Notes: a model not told the origin generated them from the sequence alone. Positions 32,200 to 45,463 are shown, counted from the stretch's first letter. The stretch: DNA of 64,000 nt from Diplonema japonicum (GCA_964019335.1 OZ025662.1:434001-498000), one strand, 5' to 3'. Made by a program: numbers and translations.

Positions 32200-35100
32200 A
32201 TGGGGTGCGAGGGCAGTAAGGTCGCAGTTGAGAACTCGAAGTTGAAGAAGGACAACGAGACTCTGAACAAGCAGATAAACAAGCTGAACAGAGCCATCAA
32301 CAACTATGAAAAAGGAAGTGTGGGCGACAATTCACTGGCAGGGTCCGTGAACGGCGGGGGGAAGCCAAGCAAAAGAGCAGTGAAGAGAGAACCAGTCTCC
32401 TGGCGAGATGCCAGGTTCAGTGATGGCATCTACATGACAAAGAAGGATTTTGGACAATTTGAAGATTTGATAGACCCACAGCTGGCTAAGGACATTGGCG
32501 AAGTACTGTCGCGAGCCTTCTCAGTTGATAATGCTCACAGCGGGTACACTTACACTAACGATGTGTTTGAACCTCCAGGAACATTGGCAGCAGGGAGGTT
32601 TTTAGATGCCAGCGTTGTGGCCCGTAGGGCGCGTAACATCAGCACCACTCACCCCGCAATTGCTGCCTTTACTCTCGAAACTCCCCTGAGTCTGGTAGCC
32701 GCTCAAGCCATGAGAACTTACAGCACATCTGAGCCCAACGATCCTGCCGCTGATAGGGTTGAGTACCTTAAGCTTTACAAGCCCTACGAGGCCCTTCTCC
32801 ACAAAGAGCTTTTATCCCTGCCACGTTATGAGAAGGTCACTTTCAAGGCCTGCAACTCCCAAGAGTCCGGTATCTACACCCCTGGCCATGTCGTTACGTG
32901 GACACAGCCTACATCCACTTCCATGCTCCCCTCGGTGGCGCTGCGGTCCCTCAGCAGGTCTAATGGACCTCAAGGCACGCTTTTGATCATTCAAAGTTTC
33001 AACGGGAGGCTGATCGAGGCGCATTCTGCAGCCCCCGAAGAGAAGGAGGTCACTTTCCTCACGAACACGCAGTTCCGCACCTCGTCTAGGATCTCGTCGG
33101 CGGTCGCTACGCTGCTCGCATCTGAGATGAACGTCAACTTTGATAAAATCGATGTCCTTGCGCTGTGCGAGATCAGGCTGGTGGTGTGGCGCGATGTCAT
33201 CACTGCCATGGACGAGGTGGAGACGGCCTCGTGCCCGAGGCTCAAGCACATTCTCGACCTTGCGTCGAAAACAGCAGAGGAAGAGGGGAAGTACACACTT
33301 GACGTCGTGACTCAAGAGTACATCCTCGGTGCACCCATGACAGAGCTCCCTCCCAGAGGGCAGGCAGGTTTCACCGTCGTGCATCTAGTCGCCGAGTCAG
33401 AGGAACTGGTCGGCCTGCTGAGGATCGTGACGCACAGGCTGAAGCCTGCTGATATTGACGAGTTGAACGCAGACGGCAGGTCGCCTCTCAATCTGGCCCT
33501 GGCGCATAACAACGTCCCGGGCACTGTGCATCTCCTGCAGAAGGGCGCGACAGTCGCGTCGCTTGGATCCCTCACAGACGCAGCCCTTGCGACAGCAGCG
33601 GCCCATATTTGGAGCACTGATAACAAGCTGATCCACAGGCTTTTGAACGAGATTCCCGCTTCGAACCTGGAGCAGGTAGCGTGCAGCAAGCTTGTGCTGC
33701 GAGCAGCAGCAGGATTAGGAAAGAAGTCTGAGGCACAGCCATTGCTGCAGGCGCTGTGCAAGAAAGCAAAGAACCAGCAATTGAAGTACCTAGAGACGAA
33801 AGGGATGCTCACAGCAGCGTGTTCCTCACCTCACATCGAGAAGGACTTCTTGGAATGGCTGGTGATAGAAGCACAGGCGACGGATACCGACGGGAACGCA
33901 GTGTGTGCTGCCATACGGCACAACAACTTTCACATCATCAAAGAGCTGAAGAGGCTGGGAGTGAAGCTGAACCAGGAGGATGCAGACCGCAGGACAGCGA
34001 TGCACGTCGCATCGTCGATAGGAAGCCTCGAAGGCCTGCAGGCGCTGAAGGACTCAGGCGTGGGTCTTGGGGTTGTTGACTCTCACGGGTGGTCTCTGGC
34101 TCATGAGGCAGGGTATCACAACTACCCGAAAATCTTAGAATGCCTCATCAGCTGGGGAGAGGCACTAGACAAGCCCGATGTCGACGGGTGCACACCTCTG
34201 TGGTGGGCGGCAGACGCTGGGAACACAGAAGTGGTGAGCTTGCTGAAGAAGCACGGCGCGGAGGCCAGAGTGATGGACTCGACAGGGACAACAGCGGTCA
34301 TGATCGCAGCGTACAATGGACATGAGAAGATGGTGAAGCTGCTGCACAGCCTTGGCGCGGACGTGACACTACAGAACAACGATGGAAGGTCTGCGGCGTG
34401 GCTGGCCGCAGGGGTGGGGGCCGTGCAGGTTCTGCAGATCCTGACTGGACTGGGCGCCAAAATGGACGAACCCGACAACAAAAAAATGTGCCCTGTTCAC
34501 ATCGCCGCGCAAGAAGGGTGGGTCACAGTGCTGATGTTCCTGCACAGCAAGAACGTAAACATGAACGCCGTGGACAACAAAGGCCTCACCCCGCTGCACT
34601 ACGCCGCGATGAAGTCGAGGTTCGACTGCATCAAGTACCTGGTCACAACGTGCATGGTGGACATCTCTGCCAGGGGTGAAGACATCAACCTTGGGAACAA
34701 CTGCATGCCTCTCCACATCGCAGCGTCCAAACACTCCTTTGAGAACAACCTCGACACCTTGTCCCTCCTCATGAGCGATCAGGTCCTCAATGCTGACTGT
34801 CGCTGCGGTGCTCCTCTTGACATTGCACACATGCACAATAGGGTATGTACAACAGCATTTCAAAAAGTAACCTTTTCACACAGTACATCACTGCCAACAA
34901 ATTGCGAGGTGCAGGTGCAGAGTCTACCAACAAAAACCCTCTTTACGAGGATGTATGTTGCAAAATGAGAAAAAAAACAAAAAAACAAAACAAAACAAAA
35001 TATCCCCCCCCTACAGGATTACGCGTCTCTTGAAAACCGGAACGACATCGTCGTCAATGAGGTGGTATTCCGCCACCCAGCCACCCTGCCCGAGAAGAAT

Positions 35101-35300
35101 ATCCCGAAGGCTGTTATTAAGATCACGGTATGAGGGGGGAGCAAAAAATAAAAATAAATAAATATACAGGTCGTCGGTGACAAGTTCACATACACCCTCA
35201 ACAGCGAATCCAGACCTGCCTTCAAGACTATTCAGCTCATAAAGGGGAACAAAGGTCTGGCTTTGAAGTTCCCCGAAGGAACGAGCAGCAAAGCCGGAAG

Positions 35301-35333
<33 letters not shown>

Positions 35334-36792
35334 CCCTCAAAAAAAAAAAATTTTTTTTTTAATTCAAAGGCAAGTGTACCTCCCAACTACTGGTGTCCGG
35401 GAAGTAATCGTGGGGCTCATCAGCATGGCTGAAGCTGCCGGGATCACTCAGAACCTCAAGGCAGAATTTAAAGACATGTGCAAACAGGTAAAAATGATGG
35501 GTGGAAAAAAAAAAAAAAAAAAAAAATGCCCCTCTCCAAACCAAAAAAAGTTAGGGTCTCGTCGCACCACCGAAGGTAGCACAGTCTAAGGAGCAGGCAA
35601 AGGAACAAAGCAAGGGGGACGAGGCAAAAGATAAACCCCCTTGCTTTAAGAGTGTGGTGGCACCAAGCGATACCCTCCCGTACGCCTTCAGCAAGCTTAA
35701 AGTTGTGGCTGAGTACGAAGGGGGCGAGGAAGGTCAGAGCATATACAGGTGGCTGAAGAGTAACGACGGTGAGTCCTGGACCCCAATCAACAAGAAGTCA
35801 CCTTACCCCGACGAGACAGGCCGGCATTATGCGTACTACGCAAGTGCCGATGACATAGGGTGTTCCTTAAAGGTGGAGGCCACTCCGGTGAGAAAGGACG
35901 GAGCACGGGGGAAGACAATCACGTCGAAGCCCATTGTGGTGCACTGGCCGCCGCATCTTGGCACGTCTGTTGTGGACAAGCTTGTTGAATCCATTGCAAC
36001 CACACGGGTCACATGTGTGATAGAGTATGTTACCGGGAAAGGGAAAAAAAAAAAAAAAAAAAAAGTGACACTGTCCATCGAGATGTGTTCCTGCAGCTTG
36101 TTGAAAAACATATAAAGATTAAGCAGCGGGATTTTAACATGACAGACTCGTTGTTGACTGGTATTTAAAAAAAAAAAAAAAAAAAAAAAAAATTCTTTTT
36201 ACAGGTATCGTGGACGATCGCCATGGAATCCGGTGTGTCTTGGACAGCAGCGACAGCTGCTCGTTTAAGATAGAAGGGCTGGGGAAACGGTATGTAAAAA
36301 AATAAAATAAAAAAGTTTTTTTTTTTTTCCCCTTCCTCCGTTAAAAAATAAAATAGTGTTCAAATCCAACTCGATGAACGGGTGGAACGTGATTTCATAG
36401 TGTGTCTGATCAGAACATGGGCCGCGTGCTCGGACCAGGATCTGTGTAAGAAGGTGCTTGGGGGTCATTTCAACACCATGTGGGCCACGGGAGTCAGGAA
36501 GGTGGAAGAGCTGATGCGCACAGATAGGATATGGAATGCATTTGAGGAGCCCTGCGGAGGTAACCTCCTTCACCTGCAAGAGAAGCTTCCCTGTACATCA
36601 ATGGAAGAATCTAGGCAGACGCTGCTCACCCTACGCAAGGGGTTCTCATGCGGTGACATGAGGAGGCCACCTACGAGCTCCGGCATGCACCGTAGCCAGT
36701 CAGCATCCCCTGAGCCATCCATACATCCTGACACAAGACCCAGCATCGGGGGTGCATCAAGGTACACCATTTCACCGTCATATTCACCGTGA
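32200..36792 (+). CDS. ADP-ribosyltransferase (ARTC/R-S-E type)-like domain + ankyrin repeats + AIR9/A9-like Ig domain + PH-like domain; 9 exons, ~1385 aa
   Basis: ART-like motifs 'AIAAFTLE', 'VTFKAC', 'VTWTQPTSTS', 'GTLLII', 'PEEKEVTF'. Many ankyrin repeats. Eight GT-AG introns (34843-34883, 34953-35016, 35128-35169, 35301-35369, 35488-35554, 36025-36065, 36161-36204, 36290-36356) give one open frame through 'YEGGEEGQSIYRW...ADDIGCSLKVEATPVRKDG' and 'ERDFIVCLIRTW'. N-terminal MGCEGSK looks like an acylation signal. Confidence 0.8.
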
Positions 36793-36957
36793 GTACGGAG
36801 AGGAGGGGGAGAGAAAGAGAGAGAGAGAGGGGGAGGATAACAATAAGAACCATGCCCTTTGCATAGGGAAAGGTAGTTTTTTTTTTCTTTTTTTTTTTTT
36901 TTTTTTCTTTATCCGGTGAAGGAGGGGGTCGTTTGCTTGACATTTTTGCCTCCTTTT

Positions 36958-36996
<39 letters not shown>

Positions 36997-38816
36997 CGGA
37001 GGACCGACCACACACGGGTATGACAGGAGGCCAGTACTCCCGGAACGAACCATGAGTAGCATCGAAGGCTTGCGGGACAGGTACCTGTCGCAGACACCGA
37101 CAAGGCTGCCCCGCAGTTTGACCACCGCAGTAGGAACCCGCCAGAGCCCCCAGAACGTGGACAACGGGGACTAAGCGCAGCTCGGCCGGTGAGCGCAAAA
37201 ACGCATACCTTAAAAGAATAGTTTTTTTTTTTCTTCTTCTTTTAACGTCATATCTCTAAAATCCGTCTGATGCCTCCGTTCGGGTGGACACACCAACTTG
37301 ATGCGCAGCATATCGTTTTCGCGATTCTGTTCAATGATTGATTCCCGTGGGTGTCAAAAGTGACCACATTTTGTTCGTTGTTCTTTTTTTTTTTTTGTTT
37401 TTTTTTTTTTTTTTGTTCAGAAGTTTTCTTAAAGTTCCCCTGAGAGGAAGTCCAGGATATTGACCAGACGGGCTTTAGCGATATGAGGCGTTAAATATGC
37501 CCCCCCCATTTTTTTTCCCCCTCTCTCCCCCTCTCGTTCTTTTTTTTCTTTTTACTATAAGAAGGGGAAAAGAAAAAAGAAAGATGGAAAAAAGAAAAGC
37601 CACTTATAGGGGAAAAGGGGGGGGGGGGGGGGATACGTTGCTTCCTTTCTGGTGATAGAGATTTGTGTGATGAAAAGTTGTGGGGTTTTAAAGTATAGAG
37701 ATGTTGGAGAGGGAAAAAAAAAAAAAAAAAAAAAAAAAGGAAGGGGGAACATTAAAAAAAAAAGAAGCACCTTCTCCTTCTCAGTAAAAAAAAGAAACTC
37801 ACAAAGCCGTGGGTTTCGGTAGTTACTTGGTTTTTTTTCTTATTCTTCTTTTTTTTTTCTTTTCTCCTCCCTCCCCCCCACCTCTTCTTATTTTCCCTGC
37901 GACACCCCATTCTACGGTACCTTAATGAAGGTTTTTTCTTTTTCTCTTCTTTGCAGGAACCTCCATTTTTTTCTTTTTGTACTTTCTCTCCATCCCACTC
38001 TTGTTCCTTTTTTTTTTTGCCAAGTACAATGATGTAGAAGTAAAGAAAGATAAGAGACCCCCCCCCCCCCCCCCCCCCCTTCTCTTCCCCACTCCCCCCC
38101 CACTCCTTCCCCCACCCCTTTTTTTCTTTTATTCTTTTAAAACAAAGAATTCAGTATTACCCAATTTTGTTTTTTTTTTCTTTCTCTTTTTGCATGTAAT
38201 GTTTTTTTTTTTTTTTCTTTTTCCCCCTCCCCTCCTCCTTTTATTTCTAGAGATGGGTATGCAAAAAAAAAAAAAAAAAGAGAGAGAAAATAATAAAGTA
38301 AAAAAAAAAATGTGAGAGCGTCGGAGACTAGAAGAAAACTACGGAAAAGAACGAAAAAAAAAAAAAAAAAAAAGAATGAATAAAAACATGATAGAGGGAA
38401 AAAAAAGTCCTTCTTGTTTACCTCTTTGATTCTTCCGAAAAAAAATTATTTTTTGAAAAAAAATAAAAGTAAAATAAAAAAGAAAGAACGAGAAGCCAGA
38501 AGTTTTCTTTTTTTTTTTAAGAAACGGTATTTTTTATTTATGAGGGAAAAAGACCCCCCAAATGCATCGATTCCATTTTTTTTCTTTTCCCTTTAAATTT
38601 GTTCCCCCCCCCCTTTTTTTTCCATGCCCAACACAAAACCCTTACCCCCCTCCACCCCCCTCTATTTATATTTTCTTATTTTTTTTTCTTGTGTTCATGA
38701 TCCTTTCTTTTTTTTCTTGTAGCTTTTTTTTTGTGTCTCATTGGAAAAAAAAAAAGATCTTTTTTTTTTTTTTATCGGGAAAGAAAATTTTAAAAAGAAA
38801 AAAAAAAAAAAAAAAA

Positions 38817-39616
38817 ATGACATCTGAGAAACAAGTATTTGTGGGTCCGTACATACTAGGTAGGACCCTGGGAAGAGGGTGTTCTGGAAAGGTTAAAATC
38901 GGTTTTCACAAACAAACAGGGGTCAAGGCAGCAGTGAAAATAGTGAAGAAGGCTGTAATGCAAGAGAGTGCAGATACTCGGCAGAGAGTGGAGCGAGAAA
39001 TCAAGGTGTTACGGCTGCTGTCACACCCAAATATAATGAAAGCACATGATGTGCTGCAGACCAGCACACACCTGTTCTTGATTTTGGAATATCTAGACGG
39101 GGGTGAGCTTTACGAGTACATCAGCCAAAATCAAAATCTACCAACTTCAGAAGTATTCAAATTTTTCTACCAACTGGTCACAGGAGTAGCTTATATGCAC
39201 GCGCAGTCCTTATGTCACAGAGATCTAAAACTCGAGAACCTTTTTATTGACACCCTGGGTAACCTCAAGATTGCAGATTTTGGCATGGCTTCTGCTATAC
39301 CCCGAGAAGGGTACCTTGAGACGTCCTGCGGGTCCCCTCACTACGCTTGTCCTGAAATTGTGAGGAGCGAAAAATACCATGGAACGGCAGCTGATGTCTG
39401 GTCCTGCGGTGTTATTTTGTATGCGTTGGCGACGAGCTCACTGCCCTTTGATTCGCCGAACGGTCAGATTGATATTCTGTTTGAAAAGATCAGGGCGGGG
39501 AAGTTTTATATGCCTCCTGAGCTACCCGCGTCTTTGCGGGACCTGATATCTAAGATGCTGAAGGTTAACGGCAGCGAACGAATCACGCTTGATGAGTTGC
39601 AATGTATGGGGTCGGG

Positions 39617-39649
<33 letters not shown>

Positions 39650-39696
39650 ACGTAGCCCACCCATTCTGGCTTGAAAACCTTGTTCACGTTAGTTGA
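38817..39696 (+). CDS. Ser/Thr protein kinase, CAMKL (BRSK/SAD/GIN4/SNF1-related), catalytic domain only; 2 exons
   Basis: LGRGCSGKVK, AVKIV, HRDLKLEN, DFG, ETSCGSPHYACPE, DVWSCGVILY. Intron 39604-39655 restores 'ELQSHPFWLENLVHVS*' (275 aa). Confidence 0.9.
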
Positions 39697-39877
39697 AAGA
39701 AGAAGAAAAAACTCCCCCCCCCATGTATTTTTTTTTATACTGTTCCCCCCCCCCTCCATGTTGTGGATATATTCTTTCCCCTGTCCCCCAATGTTCTTTT
39801 TTATTTTTTTTAATCTCGTCGACCTCCCCTAAAAAAAAAAAGAGGGTGGTGAGAGGGCGGTGGGGGAGAAGGAGGAG

Positions 39878-40999
39878 ATGCACACAAAAATGCATGCAAA
39901 AGACTACGAGAGGCGGCAGACCAACGAGGAAGGTTTGATACGCGCGGCGTCGGGCGGCTGCGTGGACAGCATAGACAAGCTTATCGAGGAGGGCGTCAAC
40001 GTGAACTGCAAAATCGACGACGCCACACCCTTGATGTTCGCTGCCATCGAGGGACGCGTCGCCGCAGTGAGAGCCCTTGTCAAAAACAACTGCAACGTGA
40101 ACTCAACAGACGCCATGGGTACCACCGCCCTCATGATCGCAGCTATGCACGATCAAGAGGAGACCGTAGCACTCCTCTCAGAACACCCCACAACCGACAT
40201 CCACATGCGGGACAAGACAGGCGCCACAGCATTTATGTACATCTCGCAATTCTCCAGCATTTCATGCGCCAGAAGGTATTTAAGACTCGATGGTGTGGAT
40301 GTAAATGAAATCGACGACAAAAACCACTCTGTTCTTATGCTTGCAGCGTCGAAATGCAAGGATCCCTCTGTTGTAGAGCTTCTTCTATCCCACGGGGCCG
40401 ACATGTCCATTCGAGACGCGAAGGGCCGGACCGCATTAATGTACGCGATACGATCAAAAAAACAACTCCCCGTTGCCAAACGGCTGATCGAGTACGGGTC
40501 GTGCATCTGCGACGTGGACGACAACGGTATGACAGCTCTGATGCACGCTGTTCGTGGGTGTAATTTTGAAGCAGTTGAATACTTACTTCTTAGGGAGGAC
40601 TGTGTAGTGAACCATCAGGACGGGTATGGTATGACAGCTCTGATGTACGCGAGGTCGGAGTCAATTGTTGACTGCCTTGTGTTGAAAGGGTTCGCAGATG
40701 TAGAGGCGCGTGACAACCATGGGCGGACTCCTTTGATGTATGCTACCCTGGCAGAGAATGAAGTGTTGATTTCGAGGTTTTTGGAGCTTGGTGCGAACCC
40801 CAATGCTACTGACAGGACGGGTGCCACCGCTCTCATTCTTGCTGCACGCGACAATCTGCTGTCCACGATGACACACATTCTCCAGGCTTCTCCCACAGCC
40901 AATGTTTCGTCTCGAGACCACACGGGGTACACAGCACTTGATTTTTGCATCGAATCTCGTTACACCGCTGCTGCCAAGCTACTGCAGCAGTATCTCTGA
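39878..40999 (+). CDS. Ankyrin-repeat protein
   Basis: About 10 repeats of G-x-T-[AP]-L-M-x-A with ~33-aa spacing. First ATG at 39878. Confidence 0.9.
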   Translation: MHTKMHAKDYERRQTNEEGLIRAASGGCVDSIDKLIEEGVNVNCKIDDATPLMFAAIEGRVAAVRALVKNNCNVNSTDAMGTTALMIAAMHDQEETVALLSEHPTTDIHMRDKTGATAFMYISQFSSISCARRYLRLDGVDVNEIDDKNHSVLMLAASKCKDPSVVELLLSHGADMSIRDAKGRTALMYAIRSKKQLPVAKRLIEYGSCICDVDDNGMTALMHAVRGCNFEAVEYLLLREDCVVNHQDGYGMTALMYARSESIVDCLVLKGFADVEARDNHGRTPLMYATLAENEVLISRFLELGANPNATDRTGATALILAARDNLLSTMTHILQASPTANVSSRDHTGYTALDFCIESRYTAAAKLLQQYL

Positions 41000-41711
41000 A
41001 TGAATTGACAACTATGTGACATATCTTTTTTATAAACCCTTTGTGCGATTATTTCCTGCTTTTTTAACCTTTATGCGCCCGAACGTGTTGGAGGAAAGTT
41101 TGTAGCCCTCCAGCGTCATCTAGTTTGACAGGGACGAGCAAGAAGAAGTCGAGGAGGAGTGAAGAGGAAGAGGCTCTCATGGCAAGATGGTTATGGATCT
41201 GGGTCAGAGCATACAATTTTTGCAGGAGACTCGCAATATTTCTTGGACTTTTAGGAGAAGTACTGCCTGATCGAGCAAAGCAAGTACCCCCCCCCCCCCC
41301 CCCCCCCCCGGCGCATAAGGGTTAAAAAATTCTTTTTCCTGAGCAACATGTGGAGAGAAAAAAAAACCCTTGGATTTGAGCTGAGCGGCCTGCTTTTTTT
41401 TACCCCCCCTTGAAAAGAGGGGAAAATAAATTGGTTGGTTTGTTTCAGAAATAATCTAAAGAATAGGGAGGGAAGAACTATTAACTGGTCATAGTTAGTT
41501 AAGCATGTTGTTTGCTTGTTTTTTTTTCATTTTCATTCTCATTTTCATTTTCATTTTCATTTTTTTTTTCTCTCTCTCTTTCCCTCCCCCACTTCCTCCA
41601 GATAACTATTACAAAAAAAAAAAAAAAAATATATATTTTGTTACAAGTCCCTCCTCACAAATTAAAAGGGTGTCTCCTGTCAGTATTTTTTTGACAAGGA
41701 GAGAGGTGGGC

Positions 41712-41742
<31 letters not shown>

Positions 41743-43337
41743 AAAGTTTGAGAGCGGTGGTAACGTCATTCTCAGATTTCTTGCTGGAAAGAAAAAAAAA
41801 AGAAGAAAAAAAAAACTCCCCTCCCCCCTCCCATCGAAACGATTTTTTTTGACTTGTCAAAAAAGAAGACCCCCCCCCCACCTCCCTTCGAGTAAGCCTA
41901 GCTTCACATAAGCCCTTTAAGATCATACATGAGGGAGATAACCTAATCTTTTTTATTTTTTTCGAGTTTTTTTTTCTTCCCCCCCTCCCCCCCCCTGATG
42001 GACGAAGGGTTTTGTGAACTGATAGAATACAAAAAACCATGATGTTTTGTCTTATTCAAAACGGCGAGCTCCCAAAAAAGGTGTGGAAAAAAAAAATGAG
42101 GAAAGGACGAACCTATGTCTCTGAGAGTGAAAATAGCTAAAAAAAAATAAAGATAAAAATAAAAAAGAAATGAAAAAAAAAAAAAGAACTCACAGAGCCC
42201 AGAGATCTTCCTGGAGATCTTTTTTTTTTTTTTTTTTTCCCTTTTCTTTTTTCTCTTTTTTTATTTTTTTGTTTTATTTTCTTTTTTTCACAGAGAGCGA
42301 TAGTATTTCTTTTTGTTCATTTTCTTTTATTTTTTATTTTTTAAAAGTCAGATGACCTGATTTTCGCGTTTTTTTTTGTCGAATGCACTGCACTCACACT
42401 GAGTAGGGGTGTCCCCACAAATGTAAAATTCTTACTGATTTCTTTTTTTTTTTTCTTTTCTATAAAATTGCATTTTTTTTTTTTTTTTTACTACAAGCTG
42501 CTTTTTGAACGAAACTCTTTGCGTCTACATGTTCAAAGCAGACTTGAACGTAACCAAAATAAAAAATATAGAAAAAAAAAAATGGCTCTGCAGAATAAAA
42601 GAGGGGGGGGGGGGGGGGGGGGGGGGAGAAAGAAAACAAAAAAGAGAAAAGAATCTCAACTTTCACCTATGGACACTAAGGTGTTACTTTGTTGAAGGAA
42701 CGAAAAAAAAAAAAAAAAGAAGAAGAAAAAAACCCCACATCCGGTTTTTTTTTTTTGTTTTGTTGTTTCAAAAAGTATTTTCTGCCGGCCACTATATGGT
42801 GGACGATCGAAAAGAAATACTTCCCCCCCCCCGTTTTTTTTGCCATCTCTTTAATTTTCCATAAGCCCTTTCCGGCTGAAGGATACACACCCCTTTATTT
42901 TCTGCTTCATATTTCTTATTCGTGTTTATTTTTTGTATCTGGTTAGAATAATTAAGTAACCATGCCCCCCCCCCCCCCCCCCCCCGTTATGTGTTCCCTG
43001 CTTTCTTAAAGCAATATTTATAACAAATTTGACTATCGGTACCTTTTTTTAAAAAAAATGAAAGAAAAGGCCTATTTTTTTTTTTGGATCCCCCCCCTTT
43101 CTTCCCTCACTTAAACTGACGGCATTAGTCCTCTTTTACTTTGACTTTTTTTTTCCCTTGAAACCAAATGCCCATATTTCACAGCAGTTGAGCTAATTAA
43201 TCACTTAAACAAAGAGGGATTTAAAAAAAAAGAAAAGTGGTATTAAAGGTTTTTAAATATCCCCCCCCCTTCCTTGAGCAAGCAATTCTTCAAGCAAATA
43301 ATCATAACCTTAGAAAAAAAAAAAAAAAAAAAAAAAA

Positions 43338-44224
43338 GAGAGAAACTACAAACACGACAAGCGAATTTGGATTTTCCACCAAACTCTGTAACCTGTTTTT
43401 TGCCCTTTGTCCACGGTAACTCGAATATATTTCTTTTGTTCACGGAAACTTGCAATTTCATATCCACCATATACGTTTTCAAAATATTTTGTCCACCATC
43501 CACGGGTAACCACTTTTGAAATCCACCAACCACGGCAACTTGGCGGCATATTTCCACCATCCACGGTAACCTCGAAAATTATTTCCACCACCACAGTATC
43601 CTCGAAAAGTTTTTCCACCTTCCACTGTCCTTTACTTGACTGACTCCAAACCTTTATCACTACTTACCACAGCCTTTGATTTATTTCGCCTTCTTCCTTA
43701 TTCACAACCACGTTGCACGGCGTTCTAACTGACCCCCTGGCCAAGGACACCGTTTTCGCCACAATTGTGGGGACGGCAGTGGCCCTGTTTGGGTTTGACG
43801 AACGCAGAGCCAAGCAGAGCGTCAGAAAAAACAACCGTGCCACCATTTCTTTCCTTGTTGGCAATTGCAACATGCGGATTTGCGCCGCTGTCTCCACCAA
43901 GAATGACGCAAGCCACAGTTTCGAAAGTGGCAAGCACACAACGTAGGTGGGCCTTGGGTTCTGCTCAAAGGGCCACAGTCTCTTTCCCTGAGTGGTGCCC
44001 AGGGGGGGGGTTGAGTGTGCTGCAGGGTTGGATGTGTTGATAACACCCTGCGTCCACATTTGTGCTGTGGCCCGCGATCTCCTTCCCAAGTGTTTGCGGG
44101 TCGCCATTTTGATGGTTTACAGGGAACGGTGGAAAATTGAAATTGGGTTACCGTGTTTGGTGGAAAATGAAATTCGGGTTTGGCTTGAACGGTGGATTTG
44201 GTTGTCGTGTTTGTAGTTGTTCTC
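43338..44224. mobile_element. Non-autonomous TIR element, MULE/foldback-like
   Basis: Left end GAGAGAAACTACAAACACGACAA versus reverse complement of right end GAGAACAACTACAAACACGACAA (21/23). Further inverted homology ATTTTCCACCAAAC..GTAACC. Left arm has tandem 'TCCACCATCCACGGTAAC'-like units. Sits within a poly-A tract on both sides. Confidence 0.75.
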
Positions 44225-44257
<33 letters not shown>

Positions 44258-44882
44258 GATGTGCGCCCCCCATGCAATTAGGTTTGGGCATCTCACAACT
44301 GCTGCGGAGGACCCTTCTGCAAATGGTCTGGGGACCAACAAAGAAGCGTGTCATTTTTTGCCCTTTTTTTCCCCCTTGTTTTTTTTTTTCCTATTCTTCT
44401 TCCCATTACTGTGAAACGAAATAAGTCTTGCCTGTTGAAGGTCTGGTCATGATTGATGCTTGCGGATGACTAGACCCTTCTTCTTGCACCGCTTGTGGAA
44501 GCCTTTTGTCAAATCAAAGTGGCGAATTCACTCTTTGTTTTACAGTCCTACGAAATGTTAACAAAGCATTTCATTTTTTTTTTTTTTTCCTCCTCAGTTT
44601 AGTGAGTGTGAGCTGTTTACCTTTATAGCAAAGCTAATTTAATAAAAAGAACCCCCCCCCCCCCCCTCTTTACCACCACTGCAATCAATGTCTTCTCAAC
44701 CAAAGAAAAAAAAAAGATTTATATCGGATTGCGCAAAATTTCGCTTCAGGAATTCTTAAGCGCAACGAAAAAAAAGAAAGAAAGAAAGAACAAAATAAAA
44801 TTCTATACTCATACTTCTCCCGATCCACACCTCTACTTCTGTGTCCGTTTTACTTGAGCCTCGAAGCACTTGGGTACTTCTC

Positions 44883-44917
<35 letters not shown>

Positions 44918-44998
44918 AAGAGAAATCTCAAAAAGAATTCTGAAATGGCTTTTTTTAAAAGTGTCAAAACCGCAAAAAAGGAAAAAAAAATATATATA

Positions 44999-45463
44999 TG
45001 AGCTCGTCCGGAAAAAAAAAAATGTCAACACTTTTTTTTTGGCAGATCGAAAATTTTTTGTCTTGAATACTTGAGCAAAAAAAAAGGGCAGCATGCAACC
45101 GATTCCAACCATAGGAAGATGACACATATGGTGTACCTGTGCCGTTCTTTCAATTGCGATGCTTGTTTTGCCATGAGGGTGGCAGACTTTTTGCAACCTA
45201 AATGGCAGTATTTTCCCCACCCCCATTTTAATAGTGATTAAGAGCCCAAGTCCATTTCTTCTGGGGCATTTACAATTTCCGAATGCCAAGAGCATGTTAA
45301 ACGGCGCATATTGTGGCCTATATTTGTATATATATGGTACACACACTTAGATTGCAGTTCTGCACACAATGTGGTGTCGGACTACTTTTGTACTTAGAAA
45401 TTTCCCGAGGGTTTCCGTTGCAAAAGAGGGTCATTTGTTGACATTTTTTTCCGGACAGACTCA
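44999..45463. mobile_element. Mariner/Tc1-like MITE
   Basis: TA|TGAGCTCGTCCGGA(n)TGTCAACA ... TGTTGACAT(n)CCGGACAGACTCA|TA imperfect TIRs with TA flanks. No coding capacity. Confidence 0.75.

Noticed and set aside
36789-37174. Possible extra 3' exon of the ART-ankyrin gene (GTGAGT donor overlapping the stop)
   Set aside because: Would need an intron much longer than the others, and the added peptide has no motif to validate it. Needs RNA-seq.
37200-38816. Many poly-Lys/Phe/Pro/Gly ORFs here and in other spacers
   Set aside because: Translations of homopolymer runs, which lack stop codons by composition.
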